From an uncultured Chloroflexia bacterium (GTDB lineage: Bacteria > Chloroflexota > Anaerolineae > CG2-30-64-16), in the NCBI GenBank assembly GCA_963774265.1, contig CAVZDU010000005.1, positions 384,001 to 448,000 on the forward strand: a stretch of 64,000 nt of DNA. Reading direction: 5' to 3'. Below are positions 9,864 through 20,028 of this stretch, one piece after another; position 1 is the first letter of the stretch, and every line of letters begins with the position of its first letter. The position numbers were made by a program, and so were the translations under genes. A model generated the notes under the pieces. It had not been told where the DNA came from and searched no databases. It saw only the letters and a list, made by a program, of their open reading frames with translations.

Positions 9864-11027
9864 ATGGCGTTTTACCTTGCCATCAAGGAAATCTGGCGGA
9901 CACGGGGCCGCTTTCTCCTGTTCAGCGGCGTGATCGCGCTGATCACGATGCTGGTGCTGTTTGTGGCCGCGCTGGCCGAAGGGCTCGGCTCCGGCAACCG
10001 GCAGTATATCGAGAAGTTGAACGCAGACCTGGTCGTCTATCAGGACAAGCTGGACCTTTCTGCGTCGGCCTCGCGCATCAACGTGTCCGGGATGAACAAA
10101 ATTCGCCGGGTGGATGGCGTGAGAGCGGTCGGGCCGATCGGCGCGGCAAGTGTGGCGCTCGTCAGCCCCCTGAAGGAGGGCGCCGACCCGCTCAATGTCG
10201 CGTTGATCGGTGTGGAGCCGGGGCTGCCGGGCGAGCCGCCCGCGTTCGAGGGCCGCCAACTCGGCGGCCGCCAGAGTCGCGAGGCAGTGCTGGATCGCAA
10301 TGTAGCGCTCCGCACGGGTCTGCAGGTGGGCGATGTGCTCACCATTAAGTCCATCCAGGACACCCGGGAGCAATTCTACGAGCTGCGTGTGGTGGGGATC
10401 AGCGACGGGCGGCAGTATTCGCTGCAGCCGTCCATCGTCGTGCCCTTCCGGACGTGGGATGAATTGCGGCCGCAGGCGGTGATCGGTGGCACGCCGGGCG
10501 CCGAGCTGGTGGCCAACATCGTGGCGGTCCAGCTTGACAACCCGGCCGACCGGGAAGCCATGGCGCAGCGCATCGACGATGAGGTGCGCAACGTGGAGGC
10601 GGTGGACACCGTTACTGCGTACAAGGCGACGCCAGGTTACAGCGCGCAGCAGAGCACGCTGGACACGCAGCGCTATTTCGCCCTGCTGATCGGCATCCTG
10701 GTCATCGGCGGCTTCTTCCAGATCCTGACCCTGCAGAAGGTGGCCCAGATCGGCATGCTCAAGGCAATCGGCGCACCGAACTCCGTCATCGGCGCCGCGG
10801 CGATCCTGCAGATCATCGCGGTGACGGTCGTCGGCGTTGCGGGGGGTGCGGCCGCGTCACTGGCGCTGTCGCTCGGCTTCCCGCCCCAGGTGCCGATTAT
10901 CTTTTCGCCGTCGGCAGTCGCGGCGGCCATCGGTTCGCTGCTGCTCATCGGGCCGATCGGCGGGCTGGTGTCCGTGCGTTATTCGTTGAAGGTCGAACCC
11001 TTGACCGCGCTGGGGTTGGCGCAGTAG
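9864..11027 (+). CDS. ABC transporter permease, FtsX/MacB-like
   Basis: N-terminal TM, large extracellular loop, three C-terminal TMs, [10 protein letters not shown] motif. Confidence 0.88.
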   Translation: MAFYLAIKEIWRTRGRFLLFSGVIALITMLVLFVAALAEGLGSGNRQYIEKLNADLVVYQDKLDLSASASRINVSGMNKIRRVDGVRAVGPIGAASVALVSPLKEGADPLNVALIGVEPGLPGEPPAFEGRQLGGRQSREAVLDRNVALRTGLQVGDVLTIKSIQDTREQFYELRVVGISDGRQYSLQPSIVVPFRTWDELRPQAVIGGTPGAELVANIVAVQLDNPADREAMAQRIDDEVRNVEAVDTVTAYKATPGYSAQQSTLDTQRYFALLIGILVIGGFFQILTLQKVAQIGMLKAIGAPNSVIGAAAILQIIAVTVVGVAGGAAASLALSLGFPPQVPIIFSPSAVAAAIGSLLLIGPIGGLVSVRYSLKVEPLTALGLAQ

Positions 11028-11037
11028 CAGCAGCCGT

Positions 11038-11052
11038 AGGTGCCCGGCACCT
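11038..11052. repeat. REP-like palindrome, half unit
   Basis: AGGTGCCCGGCACCT; same family as 25201 and 38966. Confidence 0.55.
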
Positions 11053-11062
11053 AAGAAAGAGG

Positions 11063-11868
11063 ATGCAGAAGATGGAAATGGCACTCGAGACTCGTAATGT
11101 AACAAAGACCTACGGCACGGGCGCGACCGCGACGAAGGCAGTGGATAACGTATCGGTCAGCGTGCGTGCTGGTGAGTTCGTGGCGCTGGTCGGGCCGAGC
11201 GGCTCAGGCAAGACGACACTGCTGGCCATGCTGGCCGGGCTGCTGCGCCCCACCGACGGCGAGATCATCATCGCCGACGCGGACCTGGGGCGGATGAAGG
11301 ATAATCCTCGCACGGCCTTCCGCCGGGAGAAGATCGGCTTCACTTTCCAGGCCAACAACCTGGTGCCCTACCTGACCGCCTGGAAAACGTCGAGCTGATG
11401 CTGCGGCTGAACGGCCGGCTGAATCGGGAAGGCAAGGCCCGCGCTAAGGACCTGCTCGTCCGGCTGGGGCTGGGCGACCGGTTGAACAACCTGCCGCGGC
11501 AGCTTTCCGGCGGCCAGCAGCAGCGTGTGGCCATCGCCCGTGCGCTGATCCATGAGCCCGCCGTCGTGCTGGCCGACGAGCCGACGGCCAGCCTGGACAC
11601 CGAGCGGGCGTTCCAGGTGGTCGAGACTTTTGCGACGATGATCCGCGAGCAGAACCGCGCGGGCATCATGGTCACGCACGATCTGCGCATGGTGCAGTAC
11701 GTGGACCGGGTGCTCCAGATGCGCGACGGCAAGCTCGCACGCGAGATTACTGACCCGGCCGACATCCTGGCCCTGGCCGATGCGGGCGTCCATGATGCAC
11801 CGGTTGCAGTCACTCTGCCCGAAGCTATGCCGGCTTTCGCACCTGTACCCGTACCTGTCTACGGCTAA
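11063..11868 (+). CDS. ABC transporter ATP-binding protein (LolD/MacB-like), 1-nt frameshift near 11380
   Basis: Walker [27 protein letters not shown]; one added C restores LTALENVELM. Confidence 0.88.
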
Positions 11869-12080
11869 GGAGTTGAAGAGGACGAAGAAGCTGTTTATCG
11901 CACGACCCTCTTAAGTTGCACGTCCTAATCCTTTTGGCGTAGACCTTCCTTCCTACTAATCGAGTATCCAAGACCATAGTCTTTGCGGAGGCGCCCACGA
12001 CTAGGTTGCGCGATACTTGCACCAGCGGCGGATGCTCGAGCCGTGGTAAAACGTCGTCTGGTGACGGAAGAGAAGATGCG

Positions 12081-12758
12081 ATGGCACACGCCGACCTGGA
12101 TGGTTACACGGCAGATAAGGTACTGATCGACCGGGCACGCGGGGGACGGCTTGACGCGTACAACCAGCTCGTCTTGCGGCACCAGGCGCTGGCGTACGGT
12201 GTGGCTCATCGCATGCTGGGCAATGCCGATGCGGCCGCTGATGCGACCCAGGACAGTTTCCTTAAAGCCTACAAGCGGCTCGACCAATATCGCGGCGGCG
12301 GGACATCTTTTCGCGCCTGGTTGATGCGGATCGTGGTCAACACGTGTTACGACATGCTGCGCAGCCAGCGCAGGCACAGCGCACGCGTCGTGAGCATCGA
12401 CCTGGATTGCGGCGACGACGAGTGGAGCAGCAATCTGCAGGATCCCGGTGAGCGGCCGGAGGACTACGTGCTGCGGCGTGAGGTCGCCGAACGTCTTGAG
12501 GCGGCCATCGATTCCCTACCGGTTGACCAGCGCACAGTCCTGATCCTCAGCGATGTCGAAGGTCTCCCGCATAACGAGATCGCGGACATCATCCGGACGC
12601 CCGTCGGCACTGTGAAGTCGCGGCTGTCGCGAGCCCGGGCCCGCGTCCGCCACATCATCCAGGCCAGGCAGCCCGGGCTGGCCCCGGGTAGCTCCACCTC
12701 AGCGCCGCGCTTCGCGTCCGCCCCCCGGAGCTTGGACTCGCAGGATCGGTTACGCTAA
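12081..12758 (+). CDS. ECF sigma-70 factor
   Basis: DATQDSFLKAY, FRAWLMRIVVNTCYD (region 2), EIADII..PVGTVKSRLSRAR (region 4). Confidence 0.9.
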   Translation: MAHADLDGYTADKVLIDRARGGRLDAYNQLVLRHQALAYGVAHRMLGNADAAADATQDSFLKAYKRLDQYRGGGTSFRAWLMRIVVNTCYDMLRSQRRHSARVVSIDLDCGDDEWSSNLQDPGERPEDYVLRREVAERLEAAIDSLPVDQRTVLILSDVEGLPHNEIADIIRTPVGTVKSRLSRARARVRHIIQARQPGLAPGSSTSAPRFASAPRSLDSQDRLR

Positions 12759-13465
12759 GTCCCTGCGTATTGCCTCACGTAAGAATCTTACTTTAGGGTT
12801 ATCGTTGCCTCATAAAGAGATCTTACTTTTACCGCGGCAAAACGTAGCAGCTTGTTAAGGTTAAGGAGGGGTGGGGGGAACCTGGGTTCCCCCCGGCACG
12901 GCTGGCACAGCCGGCGCACAGGCGAGCTGCCAGAGTGCGGCTTGCCGGCGCTGGATTTGGCGCAGCAGTTCGGCTGGGTTGAGCGTGTCGTAGAGTTGGC
13001 GTAAGCGCACTTTGGTGGCGGCATCGATCTCCGGGGCCTCCAGGACCCGCTGGTAGGGTGTCTTGGGTACATCATACCGCTTTTTGACCTGGGCGCCGAG
13101 GCGCTGCTTGTCGACCAGGACCATGACGGGTTGAAAGAAGTTGAGGTACAGGCGCACGACGTGGTACAGAGCCTGCAGTGCGGTGCAGGCGCGGTCACCT
13201 TCGTAGCGCTCGTAGCCGACCAGCTGGCGCACGGCGGTCCAGTTCTTTTGCTCGACATAGGCCTGATCATTTTTCTGGTAGGGTCGGCAACGGGTGAAGG
13301 TGATCTGCTCCTGTTCGCAGAAGTGTTTGAGGTCGTAGTTGATGAATTCGCTGCCGTTATCCGAATCCAGGCCCCGTAAGGGATAGGGCAAGCGAATCTG
13401 ACAGTCGATCAGGGCGGCCAGCACCGTGGCTTGACTGCGGTTGCGTAAGGCCGCTAACTCGACCC

Positions 13466-15085
13466 CAGCAATTCTGAATTTGGCATGGCTCCAAGCCGGT
13501 GAAGTCAAGGTCGGAGGTAGCCGGGGGCTGCCTGCGTGCGGGTGGACAGCCGCGGTGGCAGATTGAGGGCCGGAAAGAGGCGGGTCGGGCGGCCGGGAGT
13601 GGAGCTGGCGGCACTGGGCGCTGGCGCTGGACAGGCGACAGCCTCCGACCGGGGCCGGGATCAATGGGCGGTCAGGCCCATCGGGCATTAGGCTGGGGCT
13701 GGCGGACCCAACTCCAGTTGGCGATACATGAAGCTGAGCAGGTGCTGGAAGCTGCGCCAGTAGAGATAGGTCGTCAAGCCGCGCAGGTCATCGAAGAACT
13801 TGCGGCGGGTGCGCAGCTTCTGGCGGATGGCCTGGTACATCAGGCAGGCCAGGTCCAGCGCCGTGTGGAACAGGAAGGCCAGCAGCAGCAAACTCAAAAG
13901 CACAGCGGCCAGGTGCTGGTCGCCATGTCCGTAGTTGTGCTCGAAATGGTAGCCGCGCTGCTTGAGCACGTTGATGCCTTCGTTTTCGACCTTCCAGCGG
14001 CTCCGCCCATCCTGGGCGACGGCCTCGACTGAAGTTTCGTCCAAAGCGTGGTCGGTGAGCCAGGCGTTGTGATACAGCTGCTCGCCGCTCTCCTGGTTGA
14101 TCAGCCGCAACTCACACCAGTTGACCTTGAGTGCGTCCTGCCCTTCGCGGATCGGCAACTCACTCGCCCAACGATATTGCCAGACCTCATGATGGCGGCC
14201 GTTCCAGCGCCGGATGCGCTTGCTTCCCACTGCCCCCTCGACCCGCTCCAGAAGCTGCAACTCTTCGTACAGCGTCGGGTGCGAGTCGGGTTTGCAGGTG
14301 AGGATGAAGTGCAGGTGGTGATCCAAGAGTAATTGACAGACCGGCTGGTGCGCATGCAGATCGTCGGTCAAGACGGTCGTACTCCAAGGCGCAAAGCGCC
14401 CGGCATGCTGCTTGACCCAGCGCTTGATGGCCCGCTGCTCGCAGTCCTGTTTGTCTGCCCCGTCCTGCGGCGTGATGAACTCCGGCGGCAGACAGACCAC
14501 GTGCGGCTGCGCGGGCGCGCCCACTACTGCAAGCAACACTTGATGCGCATAATAGGTACGTCCGTCGCGTACCGTCACCCGGCAGTTGTCACAGTGCACC
14601 TTCTGGGATGCAAAGGACTGCGTGCCGTCCAGCGACACCAACTGACTACCAGTCGCACCGTGATAGTCCCGCAGCGCCCCACGCCGGGCCAGCAGTTCGT
14701 AGCTCGCCCAAAAGGGTTCGCCCAGCAGGACCGGATCGACTGGATCGAGCAGATTGCGAGTCTGCCCATCGCTGGGAATCTCCGCCACGCCAAACAGGCT
14801 CTTGGCGTTATTGCGCCCGTGGTTCTCCTGCAGGTTCGTTTGGTAGGCCAGAAAGGAGGGCTCCTGCATGAAGAACACCGAGAAAGCCGCTAGCCCGGCA
14901 TCCGCAATCGCATAGTGCCCGTTCTCACCCCGCCGGTGCTCCGGAATCCGTTCCAGGCTGGCCCGCAAAAACCGCAGCAACTCGCTGAACCTTACCTGTT
15001 TCCCACCCATGCCTCGCCCCACCTCACGCCGGATTCGCTGGCTCACCTCCCAGTCTACCACTCCCCGCCATATTTAGAATTGCTG
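13466..15085 (-). mobile_element. Inner IS, 1620 bp (ISNCY/ISAs1-like DDE family)
   Basis: 19-bp TIRs CAGCAATTCTGAATTTGGC / CAGCAATTCTAAATATGGC (2 mismatches); 9-bp TSD ACTCGACCC at 13457-13465 and 15086-15094. Confidence 0.93.
13688..15010 (-). CDS. Inner IS transposase (intact)
   Basis: LDGTQSFASQKVHCDNC, KQDCE, GRSRWKVENE..LKQRGYHFEHNYGHG. Confidence 0.88.
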   Translation of the reverse strand: MGGKQVRFSELLRFLRASLERIPEHRRGENGHYAIADAGLAAFSVFFMQEPSFLAYQTNLQENHGRNNAKSLFGVAEIPSDGQTRNLLDPVDPVLLGEPFWASYELLARRGALRDYHGATGSQLVSLDGTQSFASQKVHCDNCRVTVRDGRTYYAHQVLLAVVGAPAQPHVVCLPPEFITPQDGADKQDCEQRAIKRWVKQHAGRFAPWSTTVLTDDLHAHQPVCQLLLDHHLHFILTCKPDSHPTLYEELQLLERVEGAVGSKRIRRWNGRHHEVWQYRWASELPIREGQDALKVNWCELRLINQESGEQLYHNAWLTDHALDETSVEAVAQDGRSRWKVENEGINVLKQRGYHFEHNYGHGDQHLAAVLLSLLLLAFLFHTALDLACLMYQAIRQKLRTRRKFFDDLRGLTTYLYWRSFQHLLSFMYRQLELGPPAPA

Positions 15086-15907
15086 ACTCGACCCAGCGCG
15101 TCTTGACATCGACCATATCCAGACTATGGAGATACTCGCCGGCCGTGCTGGGGCCACAGTGGGCGACCAAATCGACTTCCATGAAGCCGGGCTGCGCATC
15201 GTCCCACTCGGCGAACGTCCGCACGGGAATCGCCGCCTTCAGCAGCGTCCCCGGTTTGGTCGTACCCAAGCCGTGGGGCTTGGTCGCCGCCCGCGCCCGC
15301 ACGAGCAGCCGATCGGCCGTGGCTGCACTGATCTGCAGCAGCAAACCCCACGTTTCGGGATCCAACGCCAACTCACCATGCCGTTCCAGGGCCTCGACGT
15401 AGTGGGGCAGGACGGCGACCAAGCGTTTGCCGCAGATACCGTTGGCCACGCGCCACACGTTTTCGAGGGCCGCCTGCACCCGGCCGCCATACTTGCTGCG
15501 CCGCGGCCGCCGCCTGGCCACGCTGCGCGGCGGCGGATGGTTCAGCAAGTGAATCGCATACTTGCGGTGGTAGCCCGTAGCCGCCACAAATTCGTCCAAA
15601 ATCTGCTGCTTAGCCGGCCGTTGGCCCAGCGTATAGCGTGGCCGGATCGCCTTCAGCAACTCGCGCTTGCTTGTCGGACTCATCATGCCTCACATTCTCC
15701 CCGGCCCCTCGTCTTGGCTGTGACGACACGCCGGTAAGATTATGATCTGAGGCAACGATCCTTGGAAAGTAAGATTTGGCGTGAGTCAATTCGCCCTGGT
15801 GACAAAGCGTCAAAAGCGTGCTAGACTACACGTCAGCCAGGGCTATGTGGCGCCACCCGGCGCCACATTTGCGTTCGCGGGTCCCCCCTTACCGATAGGA
15901 GCCAGCC

Positions 15908-17743
15908 ATGTACTGGATCAGGCCATCTCTCGCCCGACGACCTGCCGGATGGGCTGTCAGAGTCGTCATCATCCTCCTGATCGCTGCATCCTTCATGGCC
16001 GCGTGCCAGGTGCCGGCAACTCCGCCGCCCGCAACGGCTGCTCAGGCGGCCACGGTCACCACCGAGCCACCCACCGAGACCGCTACCACCCCGCCCACGG
16101 CCACATTGACCGCTGTCCCTACGGAAACGGCGACGCCCCGCTCCACCCCGACCCCTGAGAGTGCCCCAACCGACACGCCGAGCCCGACCGTCGTGGCGAC
16201 CCCGACGATCACGGCCAGCCCGGTGCCTACGATCACGCCTGGCGCATCCCCGCGCCCCAGCGCCACGCCCCAGCCGCGCGCCACCGCCGGCCCCGCGCGG
16301 TTGCCCGACTTCGAGTCGGCGATCAGTTGGGTGCGGGGCAACCAGCCCTATGGGACCTTCGAACGTTCCGCGGACCGGCCCAAAACGGGTTCCTACTCGG
16401 GTAGGCTGAGCTACGACTTCCCTGCGGTGGCCGGCAACTTCGTGGTGTTCGAGCCGCGGCCGGCCATACCGTTGCCCGGCAAGCCTTCCGGCATCACCGC
16501 CTGGGTGTATGGTGACGGATCGGGTCACTTCCTCAATATCTGGCTGCGGGACGCGGGAGGCGAACGCCGATCTTACACGTTCGGCCCTGTGGGGCAGGCC
16601 GGCTGGCAACAGATGACTGCCTGGTTCGACGACGCGCGGGGGTGGCCTAACGGACATATTGACGGCCCGGACAACGGCCAGGTGGACTTCCCGGTGAGCC
16701 TCAACGCGTTGGTGCTGGACGGCGTGCCCGACGGTCAGGCGAGTCGTGGCGTCATCTACGTGGATGAGATGGCGACGACCGTAGAGCCGATAGCGCGTCC
16801 AACGGCGAGCCCAACGGCGCCGCCGGAAGCCAGCCCGACGCCCGCACCTACCACCGAGTCCGGGCCAACTGCCCCATCAGGGGAGTCCGTGCCCGCACCC
16901 TTAGCGGGCCGGATCGCGGTGCCGATCTATGCCCCCGATCGCGCGACCTACGATATTTACATTTTTGACCCCGCCTGCAACTGCATGGATCGCGTGATCG
17001 ACGACGCCAGCCAGCCGGCCCTCAGCCCGGACGGACGGCGCCTGGCGTTTCGCCGCTGGAAGAGCGATGATCGCGGGGTTGTGGTGATGGACACCTACGG
17101 CGGCAACAAGAAGCGCCTCAGCAACTTCCTGGAGGACGCGCTGCCCACCTGGTCGCCCGATGCTCGCACCCTCATCTTCTCCTCGCGGCGCGAGAGCGAT
17201 CGCCAGTCGCGGATTTACGCGGTGGAGGTGGCCGGCGGCGGCGACTGGCAGTTGCAGCGAGACGGGGGGCCGGTTTACGGGCAGCACCCGACCTGGGCCG
17301 CCAACAATCAGGTGCTCTATCACACAGATTGGCCCGATGTCGGCGTGGGGCTCATGAACCCGGATGGGGGAGGCTTCGCTCAGGTCGTGGCGGACGGCTC
17401 GGCCACAGCGCCTTCACCCGCCCCGGACGGGCAGGCCGTGGCCTACATGTCGCAAGTGGGCGGGTCGTGGGATATCTACCGTGTGAACGCCGCTGGCGGC
17501 GGTCGCGTCCGGCTCACCGAGAACGGCGCTAACGATGGCCTGCCGGCCTGGTCGCCTGACGGCCGCAGCATCGCTTTCTTGTCAGACAGGAGCGGCGCCT
17601 GGGCGTTGTGGGTGATGAACGCCGACGGCAGCGCTCAACGCAAGCTGGTCGACCTGCCCGGCCCGCCCGATGGCCGCGTCCGCCAGGAGCCCGACTTCAG
17701 CACGCGCGGCTGGACCGACGAGCGCATCTCCTGGGCGCCCTGA
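15908..17743 (+). CDS. Lipoprotein with P/T stalk, carbohydrate-binding-like domain and TolB/PD40 propeller
   Basis: Lipobox MAAC; P/T low-complexity region; PALSPDG, PTWSPD, PAWSPDG repeats. Confidence 0.8.
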   Translation: MYWIRPSLARRPAGWAVRVVIILLIAASFMAACQVPATPPPATAAQAATVTTEPPTETATTPPTATLTAVPTETATPRSTPTPESAPTDTPSPTVVATPTITASPVPTITPGASPRPSATPQPRATAGPARLPDFESAISWVRGNQPYGTFERSADRPKTGSYSGRLSYDFPAVAGNFVVFEPRPAIPLPGKPSGITAWVYGDGSGHFLNIWLRDAGGERRSYTFGPVGQAGWQQMTAWFDDARGWPNGHIDGPDNGQVDFPVSLNALVLDGVPDGQASRGVIYVDEMATTVEPIARPTASPTAPPEASPTPAPTTESGPTAPSGESVPAPLAGRIAVPIYAPDRATYDIYIFDPACNCMDRVIDDASQPALSPDGRRLAFRRWKSDDRGVVVMDTYGGNKKRLSNFLEDALPTWSPDARTLIFSSRRESDRQSRIYAVEVAGGGDWQLQRDGGPVYGQHPTWAANNQVLYHTDWPDVGVGLMNPDGGGFAQVVADGSATAPSPAPDGQAVAYMSQVGGSWDIYRVNAAGGGRVRLTENGANDGLPAWSPDGRSIAFLSDRSGAWALWVMNADGSAQRKLVDLPGPPDGRVRQEPDFSTRGWTDERISWAP

Positions 17744-17756
17744 AATAGGAGTCAAC

Positions 17757-18995
17757 ATGAAGATCGATGGAAAACGGCTCAACGACCGGCTGGCACGATT
17801 GGCCGCGTTCGGCCAGACCCCTGAAGGTGGGGTCACGCGGCCCACGTTCACGCCCGCGTATATGCAGGCCGCGGAGGTGGTCGCCGGCTGGATGGCCGAG
17901 GCTGGGCTGACCGTCCGCCGGGACGCGGTGGGCAATCTGATCGGCCGCCGGGAAGGCACGCGGTCCGGTTTCCCTGCTGTTGCCCTGGGCTCACACATTG
18001 ACACTGTCATCAGCGGTGGCCGCTACGATGGCGCGCTGGGCGTGTTGACCGGGATCGAGGTCGCGCAGGCGCTGCACGAGGACGGGGTGCGCCTGCAGCA
18101 TCCGCTGGAAGTCATTGCGTTCATCGAAGAAGAAGGGACGCGATGGGCCACTGCGATGTTGGGCAGCCGTTTGATGCTCGGCCTCATCTCCGAGGAGTTC
18201 GTGCAGCAGCGGACCGACCGCCAGGGTGTGACCATCAGCCAGGCGCTGGCCGGCGCGGGCCTGGACCCCAGCCGTTTCCGTGAAGCGGCCCGCGCGGCGG
18301 ACGAGTTCCACGCTTACGTTGAACTGCACATCGAACAGGGCGCGGTGCTCGAGAGCCTGGGGCTGCCAGTGGGCGCGGTGACAGGCATTGCAGGCCCGCT
18401 GTTCCTCGCGTTGCGCCTGCGGGGGCGCACCGACCATGCAGGCGCAACACCCATGCACCTGCGCCGCGATGCCCTCGTGGCCGCCAGCCAATTGGTATTG
18501 GCCGCACAAGAGGCCCCCGCGACCGTGTCGCCCACGGCTGTGGCCACGGTTGGACGGTTGGAGGTGAGCCCCGGCGCCATCAATGCGATCCCGGGTGAAG
18601 TCTTCATGACATTTGACCTGCGCGACATCGTCGAAGCCCAGCGCGACCGCCTGGAGCAGACCGTACGCGCGGCCATCGACCGGATCGCGTCCGCGGCCGG
18701 GCTGGCCTACGAGGTGGAGGAACTCACCCGCCATAAGCCCGTGCTGCTGCCCGAGCACATGGTGAATGCGGTAGTCGGTGCGTGCGAAGCCGCGGGCGTC
18801 CCAATCCACCGGCTACCCAGCGGCGCGGGCCACGACGCGCAAGTGATGGCCGAGATCACCGACACGGCGATGATTTTTGTGCGGAGCCAGGATGGCATCA
18901 GCCACAGCCCGCGCGAGTACAGCTCGCCGGAGGACATCGTCGCGGGCGCTGAGGTGCTCTATCGCACGACCCTGGCCCTGGCGGGAGCCGGCTGA
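17757..18995 (+). CDS. M20 Zn amidohydrolase (allantoate/N-carbamoyl-L-amino acid hydrolase family)
   Basis: GSHIDTV..GGRYDG, EEEG, ELHIEQG, HAGATPM, SGAGHDA, SHSPRE. Confidence 0.92.
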   Translation: MKIDGKRLNDRLARLAAFGQTPEGGVTRPTFTPAYMQAAEVVAGWMAEAGLTVRRDAVGNLIGRREGTRSGFPAVALGSHIDTVISGGRYDGALGVLTGIEVAQALHEDGVRLQHPLEVIAFIEEEGTRWATAMLGSRLMLGLISEEFVQQRTDRQGVTISQALAGAGLDPSRFREAARAADEFHAYVELHIEQGAVLESLGLPVGAVTGIAGPLFLALRLRGRTDHAGATPMHLRRDALVAASQLVLAAQEAPATVSPTAVATVGRLEVSPGAINAIPGEVFMTFDLRDIVEAQRDRLEQTVRAAIDRIASAAGLAYEVEELTRHKPVLLPEHMVNAVVGACEAAGVPIHRLPSGAGHDAQVMAEITDTAMIFVRSQDGISHSPREYSSPEDIVAGAEVLYRTTLALAGAG

Positions 18996-19038
18996 ACTGA
19001 GACCGTGCCGCTATTGTTTTCAAAGGAGTCCCGTTCGA

Positions 19039-19188
19039 TTGAAAGAGTCACCATCTACAAAGCGGCGCTACCCTCGGTTCTGGGAGCGCGCAGTGCCCAT
19101 CGCGGTCGCCATCATCGGCCTTCTCATCCTCGCACTGCTGATTTTTGTCGTTGCGGTTGCGCTTGGGCTGACGCCCGGCGGCCGCTAA
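19039..19188 (+). CDS. 49-aa single-TM small protein
   Basis: AAGGAG RBS then TTG; MKESPSTKRRYPRFWERAVPIAVAIIGLLILALLIFVVAVALGLTPGGR. Confidence 0.55.
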   Translation: MKESPSTKRRYPRFWERAVPIAVAIIGLLILALLIFVVAVALGLTPGGR

Positions 19189-19242
19189 GGCCTGCGCCGG
19201 AAGACGCCGGTCACCCTCCTCATTCGTTTTCGGAGTCGAAAT

Positions 19243-19962
19243 ATGCCTGCAATCTATCGAGTCTTGCCTTTCGTTTCTTGTGTTGTAAGCTTCATCCTGG
19301 CAGCCGCCCTGCTCAGACGCTACGCCGCGAAACGCGGCGCGCACCAGTTGCTCTGGGGGCTGGGCATGGTCTTTTACGGTATTGGGGGACTGTGCGAAGG
19401 CTATCACGGTGTCGCCGGTTGGAACCCGCTGGTGTTCAGGATGTGGTATCTCTTCGGCGCGGTGCTGGTCGCCGCGTGGCTGGGCCAGGGAACGGTCTAC
19501 TTGCTCGCGTGGCGTAGGGTAGCCAACATCCTCATGGTTGTGTTGGGGCTGGCCTCCCTGTACGCCGCGATTCGCGTTTTCGGCGCCCAGCTCGACCCGA
19601 CCTTGATGACTGGCAGCGTGCACACCGGCAGCGAGATGAGCGGCCACGCGATCGTAACACCCGGCGTACGGAGCCTGACGCCGTTCTTCAATCTCTACGG
19701 CACCGTGACCCTGGTCGGCGGCGCCGCGTACTCGGCCTGGGTTTTCTGGCGGAAGCGCGTGCTTCTCCACCGCGCGATCGGGAATGTCCTGATCGCGGTC
19801 GGTGCGATCTTGCCCGCGTTCGGTGGCGCGTTCAGCCGGCTTGGCATCGGCGGCGCGCTTTACCTGAGCGAGCTGTTGGGCGCGCTCCTGCTCCTCGTCG
19901 GTTTCTGGCGCGCCATCACGCCTATCGGGTCCGCGACTGACGTGGCCGTGAAGGACTTCTAG
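19243..19962 (+). CDS. Polytopic membrane protein of unknown function
   Basis: About 7 hydrophobic segments; GGAG RBS; WYLFGA..LGQGTVYLL. Confidence 0.7.
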   Translation: MPAIYRVLPFVSCVVSFILAAALLRRYAAKRGAHQLLWGLGMVFYGIGGLCEGYHGVAGWNPLVFRMWYLFGAVLVAAWLGQGTVYLLAWRRVANILMVVLGLASLYAAIRVFGAQLDPTLMTGSVHTGSEMSGHAIVTPGVRSLTPFFNLYGTVTLVGGAAYSAWVFWRKRVLLHRAIGNVLIAVGAILPAFGGAFSRLGIGGALYLSELLGALLLLVGFWRAITPIGSATDVAVKDF

Positions 19963-20028
19963 CGCGCTCGCCGCCGCGCGACATATAATGTGACCGCACG
20001 TCCATCTCACACCAGGGATATCCTATCC

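Larger units (their letters stand above)
12861..15686 (-). pseudogene. Outer IS DDE transposase split into 15686-15086 and 13465-12861
   Basis: GFMEVDLVAHCG, GLDSDNGSEF, KNDQAYVEQKN; removing the inner IS and one target duplication rejoins VKTRWVE-LAALRNRSQ in frame. Confidence 0.88.
12766..15793 (-). mobile_element. Outer IS (rve integrase-core transposase), interrupted by a nested IS
   Basis: Ends CGTATTGCCTCACG / CGTGAGTCAATTCG begin an approx. 60-bp imperfect inverted repeat with two TTGCCTCA..ATCTTAC subrepeats; 5-bp direct repeat CCCTG at 12761-12765 and 15794-15798. Confidence 0.88.

Noticed and set aside
11370-11400. Programmed frameshifting in the ABC ATPase, galK or GT4
   Set aside because: No slippery heptamer or stimulatory structure seen; single-base indels in short runs fit sequencing error
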